A stretch of 64,000 nucleotides of DNA from Vicugna vicugna (taxonomy: Eukaryota), in the NCBI GenBank assembly GCA_013265495.1, contig MU057887.1, forward strand, positions 879,985 through 943,984, given 5' to 3'. The notes beneath the pieces were generated by a model. The model saw only the letters and a list, made by a program, of their open reading frames with translations. It was not told the DNA's origin and searched no databases. A program made the position numbers and the translations under genes. Shown piece after piece: positions 24,005 to 35,815 of this stretch (the stretch's first letter is position 1; the number at the start of each line of letters is the position of its first letter).

Positions 24005-24165
24005 GATACTTATGTAATGCTTCCTGGGTGCCAGGCAATGTGTGGAGCACTTTAACCATATTAATCATTTAATGCTCACAGCCATTGCACAGTATTAACC
24101 CCATTATACGGATGAGAAAGTTGAGTCGCAGAGGTTAATGCCTGGGGTCCCAGAGCAGTAAATGC
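24005..24165 (-). mobile_element. MIR SINE
   Basis: 'gtgccaggcaatgtgtggagcactttaaccatattaatcatttaatgctcaca...ccccattatacggatgagaaagttgag' reverse-strand MIR. Confidence 0.8.
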
Positions 24166-24239
24166 TTAATGATTAATTGCCATGGTTGGTTAGAAGGGAA
24201 AGAATGAGAGAACAAACTTGGCTTCTTTCTCCGGAGGTC

Positions 24240-24378
24240 AGTGTAGCAGATACGCCTGAACTGTGGCTCTGGACGTAGAGCAAGGGGAGCTTCGTGGGGA
24301 GAATCTCAGCCCCACTTCTTGCTGGCTGTGTGGCCTTGAGCAGGTTGCTTAACCACTCTGAGCCTCAGTTTCCTCCTG
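24240..24378 (+). mobile_element. MIR SINE fragment
   Basis: 'ggctgtgtggccttgagcaggttgcttaaccactctgagcctcagtttcctc'. Confidence 0.8.
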
Positions 24379-24389
24379 GAGCAGTGTAC

Positions 24390-25010
24390 CGGCAGATCCT
24401 GGGATTACAGCAGTAAATGAGAGACACAGTCATGCTGTCATGAAGCTTATGTTCTGATGAGAATGGCAGAAAATTAACAAATAAACAGACATAAAAACAA
24501 CATCACATACTGGAGAAAACAGCATGAAGAAAATAAACAAGGTCAGAATATGGACGGGAGCAGAGTGTCCATCCTGAGGCGGCCACACCTGACCCGAGGC
24601 CAGAAGGTTGAAAAGGTGCCGACTGTGCCAAGAGCTGGGGGAGCACCAGGCACAGAGGCCAGAGGCCGGGTGGGCTTCACACGGTCTAGGGCCGTGGGGG
24701 CAGCGGGCGGGGGGACCAGGAGGCAGATCATGCAGGAATTTGCGTTTCCCTCCACGTGCGTTGGGAAGGTGCTGACCGCGTTCAGCGGAGGGGTGAGAAG
24801 ACCCACCTCCCGGGTCTCGGGCTGTGGATGAGGGTGGCTTGGCCGAGCGTGGTGGAGGCAGGGATTTGAGTTGATCTGTGTTGGATCAGTCGTTGAGGAG
24901 GGGAGTGTGTTACCAAGAGTAACTCCTCGGATTTCCTCACACAGCTGGGGAAATGGTCAGGCTCTCCCTAAGGTGGAGAAGTTTGATGTGAAGAAGAATC
25001 CGAGGTGTGT
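24390..25010 (-). mobile_element. L2 fragment, antisense
   Basis: 'cagcagtaaatgagagacacagtcatgctgtcatgaagcttatgttctgatg' and 'gaggcagatcatgcaggaattt' resemble the reverse-strand L2 3' region. Confidence 0.6.
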
Positions 25011-26460
25011 TTTGTCTGGTCGGTACTGGAGGTACATGTTTGGAGTCACTGTTTTCACGTGTAAATAATATTTGAAGCTATGGGCCGAATGGAACATACG
25101 GCTCACATGACAGCCTACACTTAACACTACCGTAAAATTTTTCCAAATCTCACAAATACACGTTTCAATGGCTGCATCATTGAAACGTCCTACTGTGGCC
25201 CTAACCATCCTGTTACCACTGGGCCTTCCGGGTTGTATTTCTCATCGTGATCAGTGTTGCAGGGAACGTCCTGGTGCAGAAGAGCTTTGTCTGCACTTCA
25301 GGTTGCAGACCTTGGGGGGTCAGAGAAGGAAGACAAGATTAAGGGGCTAAAGAAGATTTGGCATGAATTACGAGAGTACATGTGTTAGAAAAGGAGAGGG
25401 CACTTCCAAACCCAGTGATGATTAACGAGGTGATTCTGACCACAACTCCCCGAAGACAGATAAAGAGCAAGCCAAACTATTTGAAAGCTACTATTTGAAG
25501 GTACCAGGGGGAGAACAAGACAGAGTGAAAAGTCACCGGGCTGGCGTCTGGGCTGCTCTCTCACCAGAGAAGAAGCAAAGAGGCTGCGAGTCGTGTGTGT
25601 CACAGCCAGAGGGGCCCAGGTGACCGACCGCTGCCTGGCAGACCTCCCTCTCTCTAGGCTGGGGCCCCAGGGGGCTGCCTGGGAAGAACAATAGTGGAGC
25701 CGAAGTAGCTTCTCCCAGACACTGAGTCTCAGTGACCGGGATGAGCCCTGCCATCCAGCGTCCGGAGCACTGCCGCCCCAGGTTCCTGACGACTCAAATC
25801 CCCTCTGGAAAAAGATAACATCGTGTTAGGTCTCAGAGTATTTGTATAACTTTTCCTGCATGTTCTCTAGCACTCAGTCAAAAGTGCCCTGAGGAGAGGA
25901 GACAGCATGACAGGGAAATCAGAAGAAATCAACGTGGCAACGAACAAAAGAAACGTGGAGGGGCAGCAGAGAACAGAGTTAACAGACAGAAACTTAACGT
26001 GACTGTGTTGAAAATGTTTCAAGAGACGAAAGACAAGACTGAAAATTGACAGGGAAGATGTCAGCAGAAGACGGGACACACTGTGAAGGGGGTTGAATGA
26101 AAACTCAGGAACCAAAGAAAACGTAACTGAAATGAAGAAATCAGTGGTTGCGTTCAGCCACAGGAGAGGAGTCGTCAATGAAAGGGAGATGAGTTGAAAG
26201 TATCTGAAATGAACCACTAAGAGACATGGGCACAGTGACATGGTCTGAGGTCCGTATTTACAGCCTAAGAGGAAAAGGTGAGTGTTGCAGTTTTGGTAAT
26301 AACACCTGAAAGTCAAAACTAAGCCTTAAGTTGAAAATGTCACCAAGAAGGCAGCAGCGAGGGAAAATTCACCCAGTCACCACTTCCTTCGAAGACTCTT
26401 TCCTGGAAGCAGGGGTTGTGAGCAGCAGAGGGAAGGAGCTGCGTGCGCTTCCAGGGGCGG

Positions 26461-26492
26461 GTCTGTCTGCCTGTCTGTCTGCCTGTCTGTCT
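26461..26492. repeat. (GTCT/GCCT)n tetranucleotide repeat
   Basis: gtctgtctgcctgtctgtctgcctgtctgtct. Confidence 0.85.
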
Positions 26493-27840
26493 CCCCCACC
26501 CCCACTCCGGGGCCTCGGCCGTCCTCTGCTCCCAGCCAGCCCCCTGGAGACCACCACGTGTGGGTGTCCATGCCACGATCTGCATCACGGGCTGCAGTCC
26601 TCACACGATCAACGTGCAGGGGTCTGTCCTCTCTTAGTGGCTGATGAGCTGGGCGGACACTAATCGTCCGTGAGGACAGTAAACATTATATCAGTGCAGT
26701 TGTGAGATTGCCCGTATTTGCCACGTATAGAACATTACATTCGACAAGTGCAGAACACACATTCTAAAATATATGTGGAACCGTTTACCGAAACCGGTCC
26801 TTTTGCTGTGCTGTTAAGTCTCAGCAGAGTTCAGAGGATCAGAGTCATACGTAGCCTATTCCGATCCTAAATCAGGGTAGAGGTTCCGTACCATTTCAGC
26901 TAGCTGCATGTCAGTGCCAAGAAGACAGCTGGAAGGTCCCCACAACTTAAGAAAAGAAACTGTTTCTCAAATGCCTAAGGGTCCAAATGAAGAAATGGAA
27001 ACTAGGCAATACTCTTAACTGACTGTTCATGAAGATGCTGCACATCAAAGATTGTGGCTGCACGAAAGCCATGCTTAGATGGAGATTCACTGCCTTCAAT
27101 GCACATGTGAGAAAGGATGGCGGAAAACCAATAACCTAGGCATTATCTTTAGCAGTTATGAAAAGAACCCTAAAGCCACAATTGAAGGGAAATAAAGGAA
27201 TACATAGGACACCAGAAAATAATTAAACAGGAAACAATCACAATATTTAAAAAAAATACAAAAAGAAATTAAGCCAGAAATTGGTTCTTTGAAAAATACA
27301 TTAAATTGAGAAAGCTGTGCTGAGGCCAACGCAGAAAACAGCGCCCCCAGAAAACCACGGTCACTTCAGAGCTTGTGGACGTTAAAAGTCCGTAAAAGAA
27401 TATTGTGATTATTTTATGTTAATGAATTTGAACGTTGAGGGGACATGGACAGATTCCTTTAAAAAAAAAAAAACCAAAACACACAAAATGAAATATCTTA
27501 CTTTAAATATTTAATCTTTAAAACTTCCACAGAGGAGACTCCAGGCTCACAAAGCCTCAGCAGCAAGTTCTACCAGCAAATTTTAGAAGCACAGCTAACC
27601 CCACACACATTCCTCCAGGAAAAGAGGGGACACCACAACCCTTTACACAGCCAGAATAATTTTGATTTCAAAACCTGAAAAGTTTATTAGGAGAAAAGAA
27701 AAGGCAAGGCCAGTCTCATGCATGAACATAGACCAAAGACCCTAAACACGTCAGAAAACAAACTGTATATTTCAGGGATGCAACACTGGTTTAACATTTT
27801 TTTAAAGTAGTAAATGTCACTGCAGTAACAAATTAAAATC

Positions 27841-27975
27841 GGGGAGGGTGTAGCTCGTGTGGTAGAGCACATGCTTAGCATGCAGGAGGTCCTGGGTTCA
27901 ATCCCCAGAACCTCCTCTAAAATTAAAAAAAGAAAGAAACTTAATTACCTCCTCCCTAAAAGGAAAAAAAAATAA
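27841..27975 (+). mobile_element. tRNA-derived SINE (camelid vic-1-like) inserted into the old L1
   Basis: 'ggggagggtgtagctcgtgtggtagagcacatgcttagcatgcaggaggtcctgggttcaatccccag' has tRNA-like A and B boxes. It is followed by an A-rich spacer, 'ttaattacctcc' and an A tail. Flanks 'aaattaaaatc'/'aaaataaagtc' are a possible TSD. Confidence 0.88.
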
Positions 27976-30900
27976 AGTCACAACTCATGCAGAGAAAAAA
28001 ATTTACAGTGAAATTCAACATCCAATCATATTATTAAAACGTCTTGGCAAATTAGGAGTAGAGGGGAGTTTCCTTATTCTGATAGAGAATTATCTACAGA
28101 AACTCCCTCAGCTAATAGCAAACTGGATTAAGAAATGTTGAAATGTTTCCTCTTGACCTTAAGGCAAGGTTAGTCACAATTCAGCACTTACACTCACCCT
28201 GACGTTGGGAAGCTAAAACAGCCAACGAAGTACATCCAAAAACGGAGGGGGGAGGGTAATCATCGGAAGGAAGAACTCGGACGGGATCGCTTATGTGGCT
28301 AATGCAGAAGCCTGTGCATAAAGTATCAGAACAAATAAACGAATACAGGGAGGTTACTGAATACCAGGTTAGTATGCAAAGCTCTGCTAAATTTCTACAT
28401 ACCAGCAACAAACATTTAGAAACTAAGTATTTTAAGTAAATTCTAAAATGGATAAGGAAATTTAAAAAGCCAAGAACAGCCAGGACTCCCTGAAAGAAGA
28501 ATGATGGGTAAGATTCCTTAAAAAGCATGGCATTGGCCCAAGGGTAAGTACACAGAGCAAGGAGACAGAGCAGAGTCCAGGAACACCCTCACCTGTGGAC
28601 ACTGGGTGCACTCTTTAAACGGCTTGCAGAGCACGGCGGGGAAGGATCAGCTCTTCAACACGTCCTGCTGAGACGGCTGAACATCTGTAGAGGTTAAAGG
28701 ACACTTGGCCCCTACCTTGTACCATATAAAAATACCAATTCCTAGACAGAGTGTAAATCTGAATATGAAAAAGCAAAAATGCTAACAAATTCTAGAAAAT
28801 AGAGCCTTACAACCTTAGGGTAAGATTTCTTAACCATGTGACAAAAGTATTAAAATGGGCTTTATTAAAAATTTAGTCATTGTTAAGAGAGTGAAAAGGC
28901 AATGGAAGGAGCTGTTTGAAACGTCTGTGATTGACAGAGGGTTCGTATCCCCACTATGTAAAGAACTACGTATCAATTAAAAAGTTGGAAGAAATGGGGA
29001 CAAGACTTGAACAGGCACTTCACCCAGAAGACACCATTTCACCAGCAGACACAGGAAAAGGTACTTAATCTCATTAGTAATCGCGGAAATGAAAACCGAA
29101 ACCATGATGAAACGCCACGACTGCCTGCCAGAGCACTTAAAATAAAAAGACCAGCAATGCCATGTGCTCCGCTGATGAGGATGTAGGGCAGACAGAGCTC
29201 AAACCCCGCCGCGGGAGTGGGAGTCGGTGCCGCCCGTAACCACTTAGGGAAGCAGTCTGGCGTTCCTTGGCTGCTAAATTTGAAGATAAGCACGTCGTAT
29301 GACCCAGCAATTCCACCGCAGGGATCATACCTCACAGAAATCTACGCGTACGTGAACCCAGAGACACAGATGAGGCAGGAGTGTGCGTTATTTGTGACAG
29401 CCGGGACATGGAAACAGCCCAAGTGTCACCGGCAGTGTCCTGGTGAGAGCGGTGGTGATACACTCGAGGCATGGGGCTCCGGCAGTGACCTCAGTCGCTC
29501 TCAGCGGGTGAGGCTGCCAGTGTCGAGTAAGGAAGCCACACGCCGATGACGGCTGTGTGACTATTTCCATAAAGTTCATGAGCAGATCAGACGAAACGTC
29601 AGATAGTGGCTGCACGGTGTGTTCACTGTGTGATAATTCACTGAGCTGTACCCTTAAGTTTTGTATCCTTTTCTGTATTTTATATTCCACACAGAAAAAA
29701 TCTCACCTGCTCACCTGGGTGCAAGTTGAGCTGCTATATAGAGAGACCCCCAGATACGGCGGCCCGGCCGGAGTGAAGCTTCCTTCTCTTCACAGGATAC
29801 ATGGCCTGTTATTGGAGGCAGACAGACAAGAGGGGGCGGGTATCAAGAGCCCAGGGCTCAGCAGGAGCCCGGCTCCCCCGTGCCTTGCTGCTCTGCCGTC
29901 TCCTGGGGTGTCACCTCTGTGTGCACAGTTGAAGTTGGGTGACTATTTCTTGCCTTTGGGAAGGAGAAGAGTGGAGGGCAGGCACTTTCCCTCAAAGCAA
30001 GCGGTCTGCACCCATCTCTTACTCCCTCCTGCGGGCGAGGATTTAGCCCCACAGCCACATCTAGTCCTGCGTGGAGCTGGGCCACGTGGTGTCTAGTTGG
30101 GTGGCCGTGCGTGGGTCCCTGACCACAAGAAGAAGGAAGTGTGGGTGATGGGGACACTTGGCCGGAGCTGTCACAACACCCAGAGTTGTGATGTCAAGCC
30201 CTGCATGGTTGCTAGAGGGGCTGGGTTGCACCTCCCAGCCCCCTTGTGCAGGCCAAGGGCTGTCTGGGCAGATGCATTGGGCTTAAATGTCCTAAAGGAT
30301 AAGGAAGTCTGGGGATGCATGTGTGATGCTGCACCCGGGGAAGGCGTCAGGGGGGAGACCCGAGGGAGCCCACCCGTCACAGGATTCCAGAGCTGAGCAG
30401 GAGGCCAGGGGGCCGTGGAGCAGAGAGGGAAGAGGGTGTGGGGCCTGGAGCGCCTTCCCTTCAGTAAAGGGCCCTGCAGCAGGGGGCTTTGGAAGCCCTT
30501 GGTGGAAATACATGTGCATGCGCTGTGGCCAGGCCAGGGCCTGGCAGGACGGACTTACCCAGGGAGCGGCTCGCTCTCCTGGGGGCCGGGAGGAAGCCGC
30601 AGGTGCAGGCCTGGGGCTCAGGAAAGGAGCGAGGGAGCCTCCATGCCCTGGGGTAGGTCCCTGTGAGCCTTAGTCTTTCTGTCTGTAAAATGGCAAGGCG
30701 GGTGCGGCACCTTTGCTTCCAGGTCATCCAGAGAAACAGAACCAGAGGATGCCTGCGTGCGCAGGAGGAGGTGAACTGAAGGAGTCGGCACCCGCATCGC
30801 GGAGGCTCACAGGCCCCAGGATCTGCGGGCGGCGTGCGGGGGGCCCAGCAGGGCCGGGGCTGTAAGGTCCGGCCCGGACGCCAGCAAGCTCGACTCCCAG

Positions 30901-31448
30901 AAAGAGCCGCTTTCACCTCAAGTCCAAAGGCTGGAAAAAACCCGTGTCCCAGCTCCCGTGTCCCAGCTCGAGGCACCCGGTGGGGAAGAAGCCCTCTTTG
31001 TTCTATTCGGGCCTTTCAAGCGAGTGGACGGGGCCCACCCTCCCTGGGGAGGGGGGAGGGCCACCTGCTTCCCTTACTCAGACTGCCGGTTCCAGTGTGA
31101 GTCACCCGCCCAGACACACCCCGAGTCATGTCTGACCCCTTGTCTGGGCACGCCGAGGCCCAGTCACGTTGACGCAGCATGAACCATCACCCTATCTGAG
31201 GGTCCAGGAGTGGGACGTGCCAGGGCCTTGTCGCCATGGACCCTGACTGCTGCGGGAGGGTGGGGTGGGAGGGAGTCGGCGTGGCGGGGGAGGGGCTGCA
31301 GCAGCTGGGCCAGCGGGCAAGGGACCCTTAGCTGGCACTGCTGCCCACCCGGCCCAGGGTAGCTTTTTGTTTGACCGTCTGCATCCCCGCCGGACTAGGA
31401 GGTCAGTAAGAGCAGGGACGGTGTCTGCTGTCCCTTGTGGATCTGGCA

Positions 31449-31819
31449 CCATTAGGGGTGAATCAGCCGCCACCCCCACACTCGATGTTGAAGCCATGAC
31501 TCCCAGCACCTCAGAATGTGGCTGTATTGGAGATAAGCCCTTTAAAGAGGTGATTGCAATAGAGTGAGGCCGTTTGGGTGGGCCCTAGTCCAGTCTAACG
31601 GGAGTGTCCATGTGAGAGGAGGAAATGTAGACACACCGACCCCAGGGGCACGTGTGCACAGAAGGACGGTCACACAAGAGGGCGGCCGCCGCAAGCCCAG
31701 GAGAGAGGCCGCAGGGGACCCACCCTGCCGACACCTCGATCCCAGACAGAAGAGAATGGATTTCTGCGGTTTAAGCCACCCATCTGGTGTTGCATTACGG
31801 CAAGCTCAGCGCTGAGCAT
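31449..31819 (+). mobile_element. MLT1 (MaLR) solo LTR
   Basis: 'atgttgaagccatgactcccagcacctcagaatgtggctgtattggagataagccctttaaagaggtgatt', 'gggtgggccctagtcca' and 'gtttaagccaccca' match the MLT1A0/B pattern. Confidence 0.85.
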
Positions 31820-33313
31820 CTGCGGAAGGCAGAAGCCGTGAGACGCTTCGGCCCTTGTCCTCGGCAGACGTGTGAGCAAGGGAGCTACAGCTCCGGGCCC
31901 AGAGCGACCATGGGAGCAGAAGGGTGTTCAGAGAAGGCTTCCTGGAGGAGGCTTATGGCGGCAGCTCACAGTGGGCGTGGGCTGGAAGGCTGTTCTGAGA
32001 GGGAGCCAGTGTGTGTGTGCACCAGCCTGGAGCCAGGAAGGAGCACCTCTGGGAACTTATTCCTGCTTCACCGATGCTGAAGGGTCACCTGTTGCAGAGT
32101 CCTCATGTGTCTCCCAGAGAAGTCTGGGCCACGGCCTGAGACGGCGGGGAGCCCCCAGCAGGAGATCCTCACCCTGACGGCTGCAGGTGCGTTACATGAG
32201 GCAAACCAACGGCGCAGGGCCCAGGAGGCAGCCAGGTAGAGCGGGAAGCTGTGAACCGAGGAGCCGTCCCCAGTTCTGAGTTTGCTCTTACAGGGTGCTC
32301 AGCAAACGGCAGCGGTCCTCCCAGGGCACCCGTGGGGTGGGTGTGGTCCCCCCGGGGCGCCCGCGGGGTGGGTGCCAGGAGCAGAGCCGGGCATCGCTCT
32401 GGCAGCAGAGGGCGGAGCCAGGCTCCAGCCCCCTCCCCCGCCTCCTCCCACGGGAGGCGTGTGGGTCCTTCCTCTCACTGTCCTCCTGAGTCCTGCCCAT
32501 GTTCTCAAGTCACCATAACACTCTCCTCCTCCAGGAAGCCTTCCAGGGACTTAGGTTCACCTTAATCTGCACCTTCCATTAACCCCTGGGTTTTGTAGCC
32601 ATCCCCTAGATCGTTCCATGTGTTGGGACCACTGACTCAGGAGAGGTGCCAGGGAAGGGAGGTGAATCTGGTACCTTCGCAAAGCAGCTGCCATCTCGGA
32701 AACAGTCACCAGGGCTCATTGTGACTTTCACAGGGCTGTGCTCTGATGACACCGACACCTTGTCAGCCGTCCCTCCCTTCAACAGGCAGCCGGACACTGG
32801 GCTGGGTGCTGGGACTAGACAGACAGCGGCCCACATGCCGCTCCCAGTTTGCTGAGGGAGATAGATGTTAATCAGATCATTAAAAAAGCGCAGGTGCAGC
32901 TGTGATAAGTGCCTAGAGGGACACCTAGTCCTGTGAGAGAGCGTCAGCGGTGTCCCATCTCACTACATGCACACTACTGTCGGCACCCTGGACCCATGGC
33001 GGCTCTGCAAACCTTCATTCTCGCCAGCGTTCGGCCCCACCACCTCCCCTCACTTTCTGCTTCTTCAGGGCCCAGGAACTCCCAACATTTCTCACTACCA
33101 GACCGCAAGCCTTCCTGCACCCACCTGTTCCTCTGTCCCACCTGGGTCCCTCCACACACGCCATCCATTCCACCCCACGGGGATCTCAGGATCAGGCGGT
33201 CCTCTCATACCTGCAGCCTCTCCTTCCTTCTTGCTTCCTTTCCAACAGGCCCAACTTTCACTAACCTTAAAAAAATTCTGCAATTCCAGATACCCTCTTA
33301 GTCATATTTAGCT

Positions 33314-34400
33314 CAGTTGTCTTCAAACTTTTTGTTCGCATTTCCCTAAAATAACTTTGAAAAAAACCTACAACAACATTTCAAGTTGATATCTTTTTTC
33401 ACCTTAAGTCTTTATAGTTACAAATTATCTAATTTGCAACAAATAGTAGAGATGCTGTGAAGAGAAATGTTGCATGATTCCTTTAAATGATTTTAATAGG
33501 AGTGAAATATAGAAAAATGTGGTTCCCCCACCTACACTATTGGTGGGAATGCAGTTTGGTGCAGCCATTATGGAAAACAGTATGGAGATTTCCCAACAAA
33601 CTGAAAATGGACTCACCATGTGACCCAGCAGTCCCACGCCTGGGCATATATCCGGAGGGAACTCTAATTCAAAAAGACACCTGCACCCCAATGTTCACAG
33701 CAGCACTATTTACAATAGCCAAGACATGGAAGCAACCTAAATGTCCATCAAAAGATGACAGGGTAAAGAAGTTGTTGTATATTTATACAATGGAATACTA
33801 CTCAGCCATAAAAAAGAATAAAATAATGCCATTTGCAGCAACATGGATGGACCTGGAGATTGTCCTTCTAAACAAAGCAAGCCAAATAGAGAAAGAAAAA
33901 TACCATATGATATTACTCATATGTGGAATCTAAAAAAAGAAAAAAGCAGACACTAATGAACTCACCTACAAAACAGAAACAGACTCACAGACATAGTAAA
34001 CAATCTTATGGTTATGGGGAGAAAGATGGTAAATGATAAATTGGGAATTTGATATTTACAAATATTAACTACTATGTATAAAGATAGATAAAAGACAAAC
34101 TTCTGTATAGCACAGGGAGCTATACGCAATATCTTGTAGTAGCCTATAATGAAAAAGAATATGAAAATGAATATACACATGCATATGGATGACTGAAACT
34201 GTGCTGGACACCAGAAATTGACACATTGTAACTGAGTATACTTCAGTTAAAAAAGAAAAATGTGGCTCCCAACAATCCATTTTAAAAATTAAAGTGCCTT
34301 CTCTTAATGTTAGGAAATAATATTTTTACTTTTTCTTCTGGAATCTGCATTTCCATTTCATTCTACTCACAAAATTTTATCCTAATGTAGTATTTATATG
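33314..34400. mobile_element. Possible hAT-Charlie-type fragment split by the young L1
   Basis: Starts 'cagttgtcttcaaactttttgt', a Charlie-like terminus. AT-rich sequence resumes after the L1 TSD at 34271. Confidence 0.4.
33528..34253 (+). mobile_element. Young 5'-truncated L1 (ORF2 C-terminus + 3'UTR + A tail) with TSD
   Basis: Uninterrupted frame [19 protein letters not shown]...[11 protein letters not shown]...CTPMFTAALFTIAKTWKQPKCPS...YHMILLICGI* (stop 33931-33933) is the L1 ORF2p C-terminus. Artiodactyl-type 3'UTR. 17-bp TSD agaaaaatgtgg(t/c)tccc at 33511-33527 and 34254-34270. Confidence 0.95.
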
Positions 34401-34404
34401 CTTG

Positions 34405-35385
34405 AAATCATACAAAATAGGTATAATTTCACACACAGAATTAAATTCTGGCCATAACAGTTAAAAACCCATGACAAAAAGATACCTGGAAAATATCTGA
34501 ATATTTAGACATTAAAAAGCATAATTCTAAATAACATGTGGGTGAAAGAAGAAATTATAAAGCAAATTTAAAATGTCTGAATAAGTAAAACATGATACAG
34601 TCATCCATTGGTATCCACGACCCATGGGGCATTGGTTCCAGGACCCACCTCAGATACCAAAATCCACGGATGCTCAAGTCCCACTGTCATCCTTCTGTAT
34701 CCACAGTTCTGCATCTGTGGATTCAACCAACCAAGGATCGTGCAGTACTGGAGTATTTATTTAAAAAAAAAATCCCAGTATAAATGGAACTGCCACGGTT
34801 CAGACCCGTGTTGTTCAAGGATTGGCTGTATGTGAAAATTCTTGAAACGCAGCTGAAGTCGTGTTTATGGGAAATTTGGAGGCTTTTTGCTTTGTTAGAA
34901 GAGAGATTTAAAATCAATGACCTAAGTTTCCGCCATAAGAAGCTAGAAAAAGAAGAGCAAATGAAACACAAAGTAAGTAGAAGGAAGGAAACAATAACAA
35001 TAAAACAGGAAATGGGCAAATAGTAGAAAAAAATCCGTGAAGCCAAAAGCTAGTTCTTTTAAAAGATCAATAAAGTTGATAAACCGCCGGTGAGCCTGCT
35101 CAAGGGAAAAACCCACAAACTGTCAGCATCAGCAAGACAGACGGGGCATCACTACAGCTCCTACAGACACTAAAAGGGAAATGAGAGATTATGAGGGAAA
35201 ATGAACAACTTTATGCCCCCTCCCAAAATGGAAAACAAATTATTTCTGTTAAACACATGAAATATGAAAATGGACACAAAAAGAAATAGAAAATCCAAAC
35301 AGCCCTATGTCTACTAAATAAATTGAACTTGTGATTGAGCCTCTCCACAAAGAAACTCCCAGGCCTCTGTCTTCAATTTTAATGC
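34405..35385 (+). mobile_element. Old L1 ORF2 fragment interrupted by a Tigger-type element
   Basis: 'tctaaataacatgtgggtgaaagaagaaat', 'aagaagctagaaaaagaagagcaaatgaaacacaaagtaagtagaaggaaggaa', 'gctagttcttttaaaagatcaataaagttgataaacc'. Confidence 0.8.
34598..34828 (+). mobile_element. MER2-like TcMar-Tigger MITE
   Basis: TA|cagtcatcc...ggattggctg|TA, i.e. a TA target duplication and inverted termini. Internal 'ttggttccaggaccc...ataccaaaatccacggatgctcaagtccc' and 'tggattcaaccaacc' are MER2 hallmarks. Confidence 0.88.
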
Positions 35386-35621
35386 CCTCTATGCATGCCG
35401 CCCCTGGCAGCCAAAGTGCTCTCTCCCAGGTGCAAGTTGGCCACGTCCTTCCCCTCCCCCAGAGGGTGGCTTACTCCCCAGGATGACATTCAAGGCAGTC
35501 TGAGCTAGGCTCTGTCTGCCTCTCCACACCCTCATTTCTGGCCACCATCCTTCACGACTCCATGCCTCCCCGCCTCCCCACCGCACACGCACACACACAA
35601 ACACACACCTGATTCCCCCCA

Positions 35622-35815
35622 AGTCCTCAGCTGGCAGTACCCTCTACCCCCACCAGGGGGCGCTGGGGAATGCGTGGGAGCCTGAGTTGTTGGCAACCAC
35701 TATGGGATGTCCCTTCACATTTACTGGGCAGAAACCGGGGTGTCAAACACCCAGCAATGCCTGGAACGGGCCCCACAAAGAAGAGTCACCCTGTTGAGAA
35801 TCCCAGAAGAATCCC
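35622..35815 (+). mobile_element. MER20/MER20B-like hAT-Charlie fragment
   Basis: 'ccagggggcgctggggaatgcgtggg...gttggcaaccactatggg...catttactgggcagaaaccggggtgtcaaacacccagcaatgcctggaacgggccccacaaagaagagtcaccctg' follows the MER20 layout. Confidence 0.65.
35650..35664 (+). promoter_or_regulatory. Consensus CTCF motif
   Basis: CCACCAGGGGGCGCT is an exact match to the CTCF core consensus. Confidence 0.65.

Larger units (their letters stand above)
25400..29690 (+). mobile_element. Old, internally deleted L1 (L1M/L1ME-like): 5' region, ORF1/ORF2 relics and 3'UTR
   Basis: A-rich + strand. L1 motifs 'gaaattggttctttgaaaaa', 'gaaattcaacatccaatcat', 'gacttgaacaggcacttcac', 'tatgacccagcaattccac', and 3' end 'ttttctgtattttatattccac'. 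All frames disrupted. Confidence 0.8.

Noticed and set aside
27841..27912. Possible functional tRNA gene
   Set aside because: Continues into a SINE body and A-tail, lacks a clean acceptor stem, and has a diverged second copy at 3605, so it is a SINE.
33487..33933. 148-aa ORF as a host gene
   Set aside because: It is the L1 ORF2p C-terminus of a 5'-truncated insertion.
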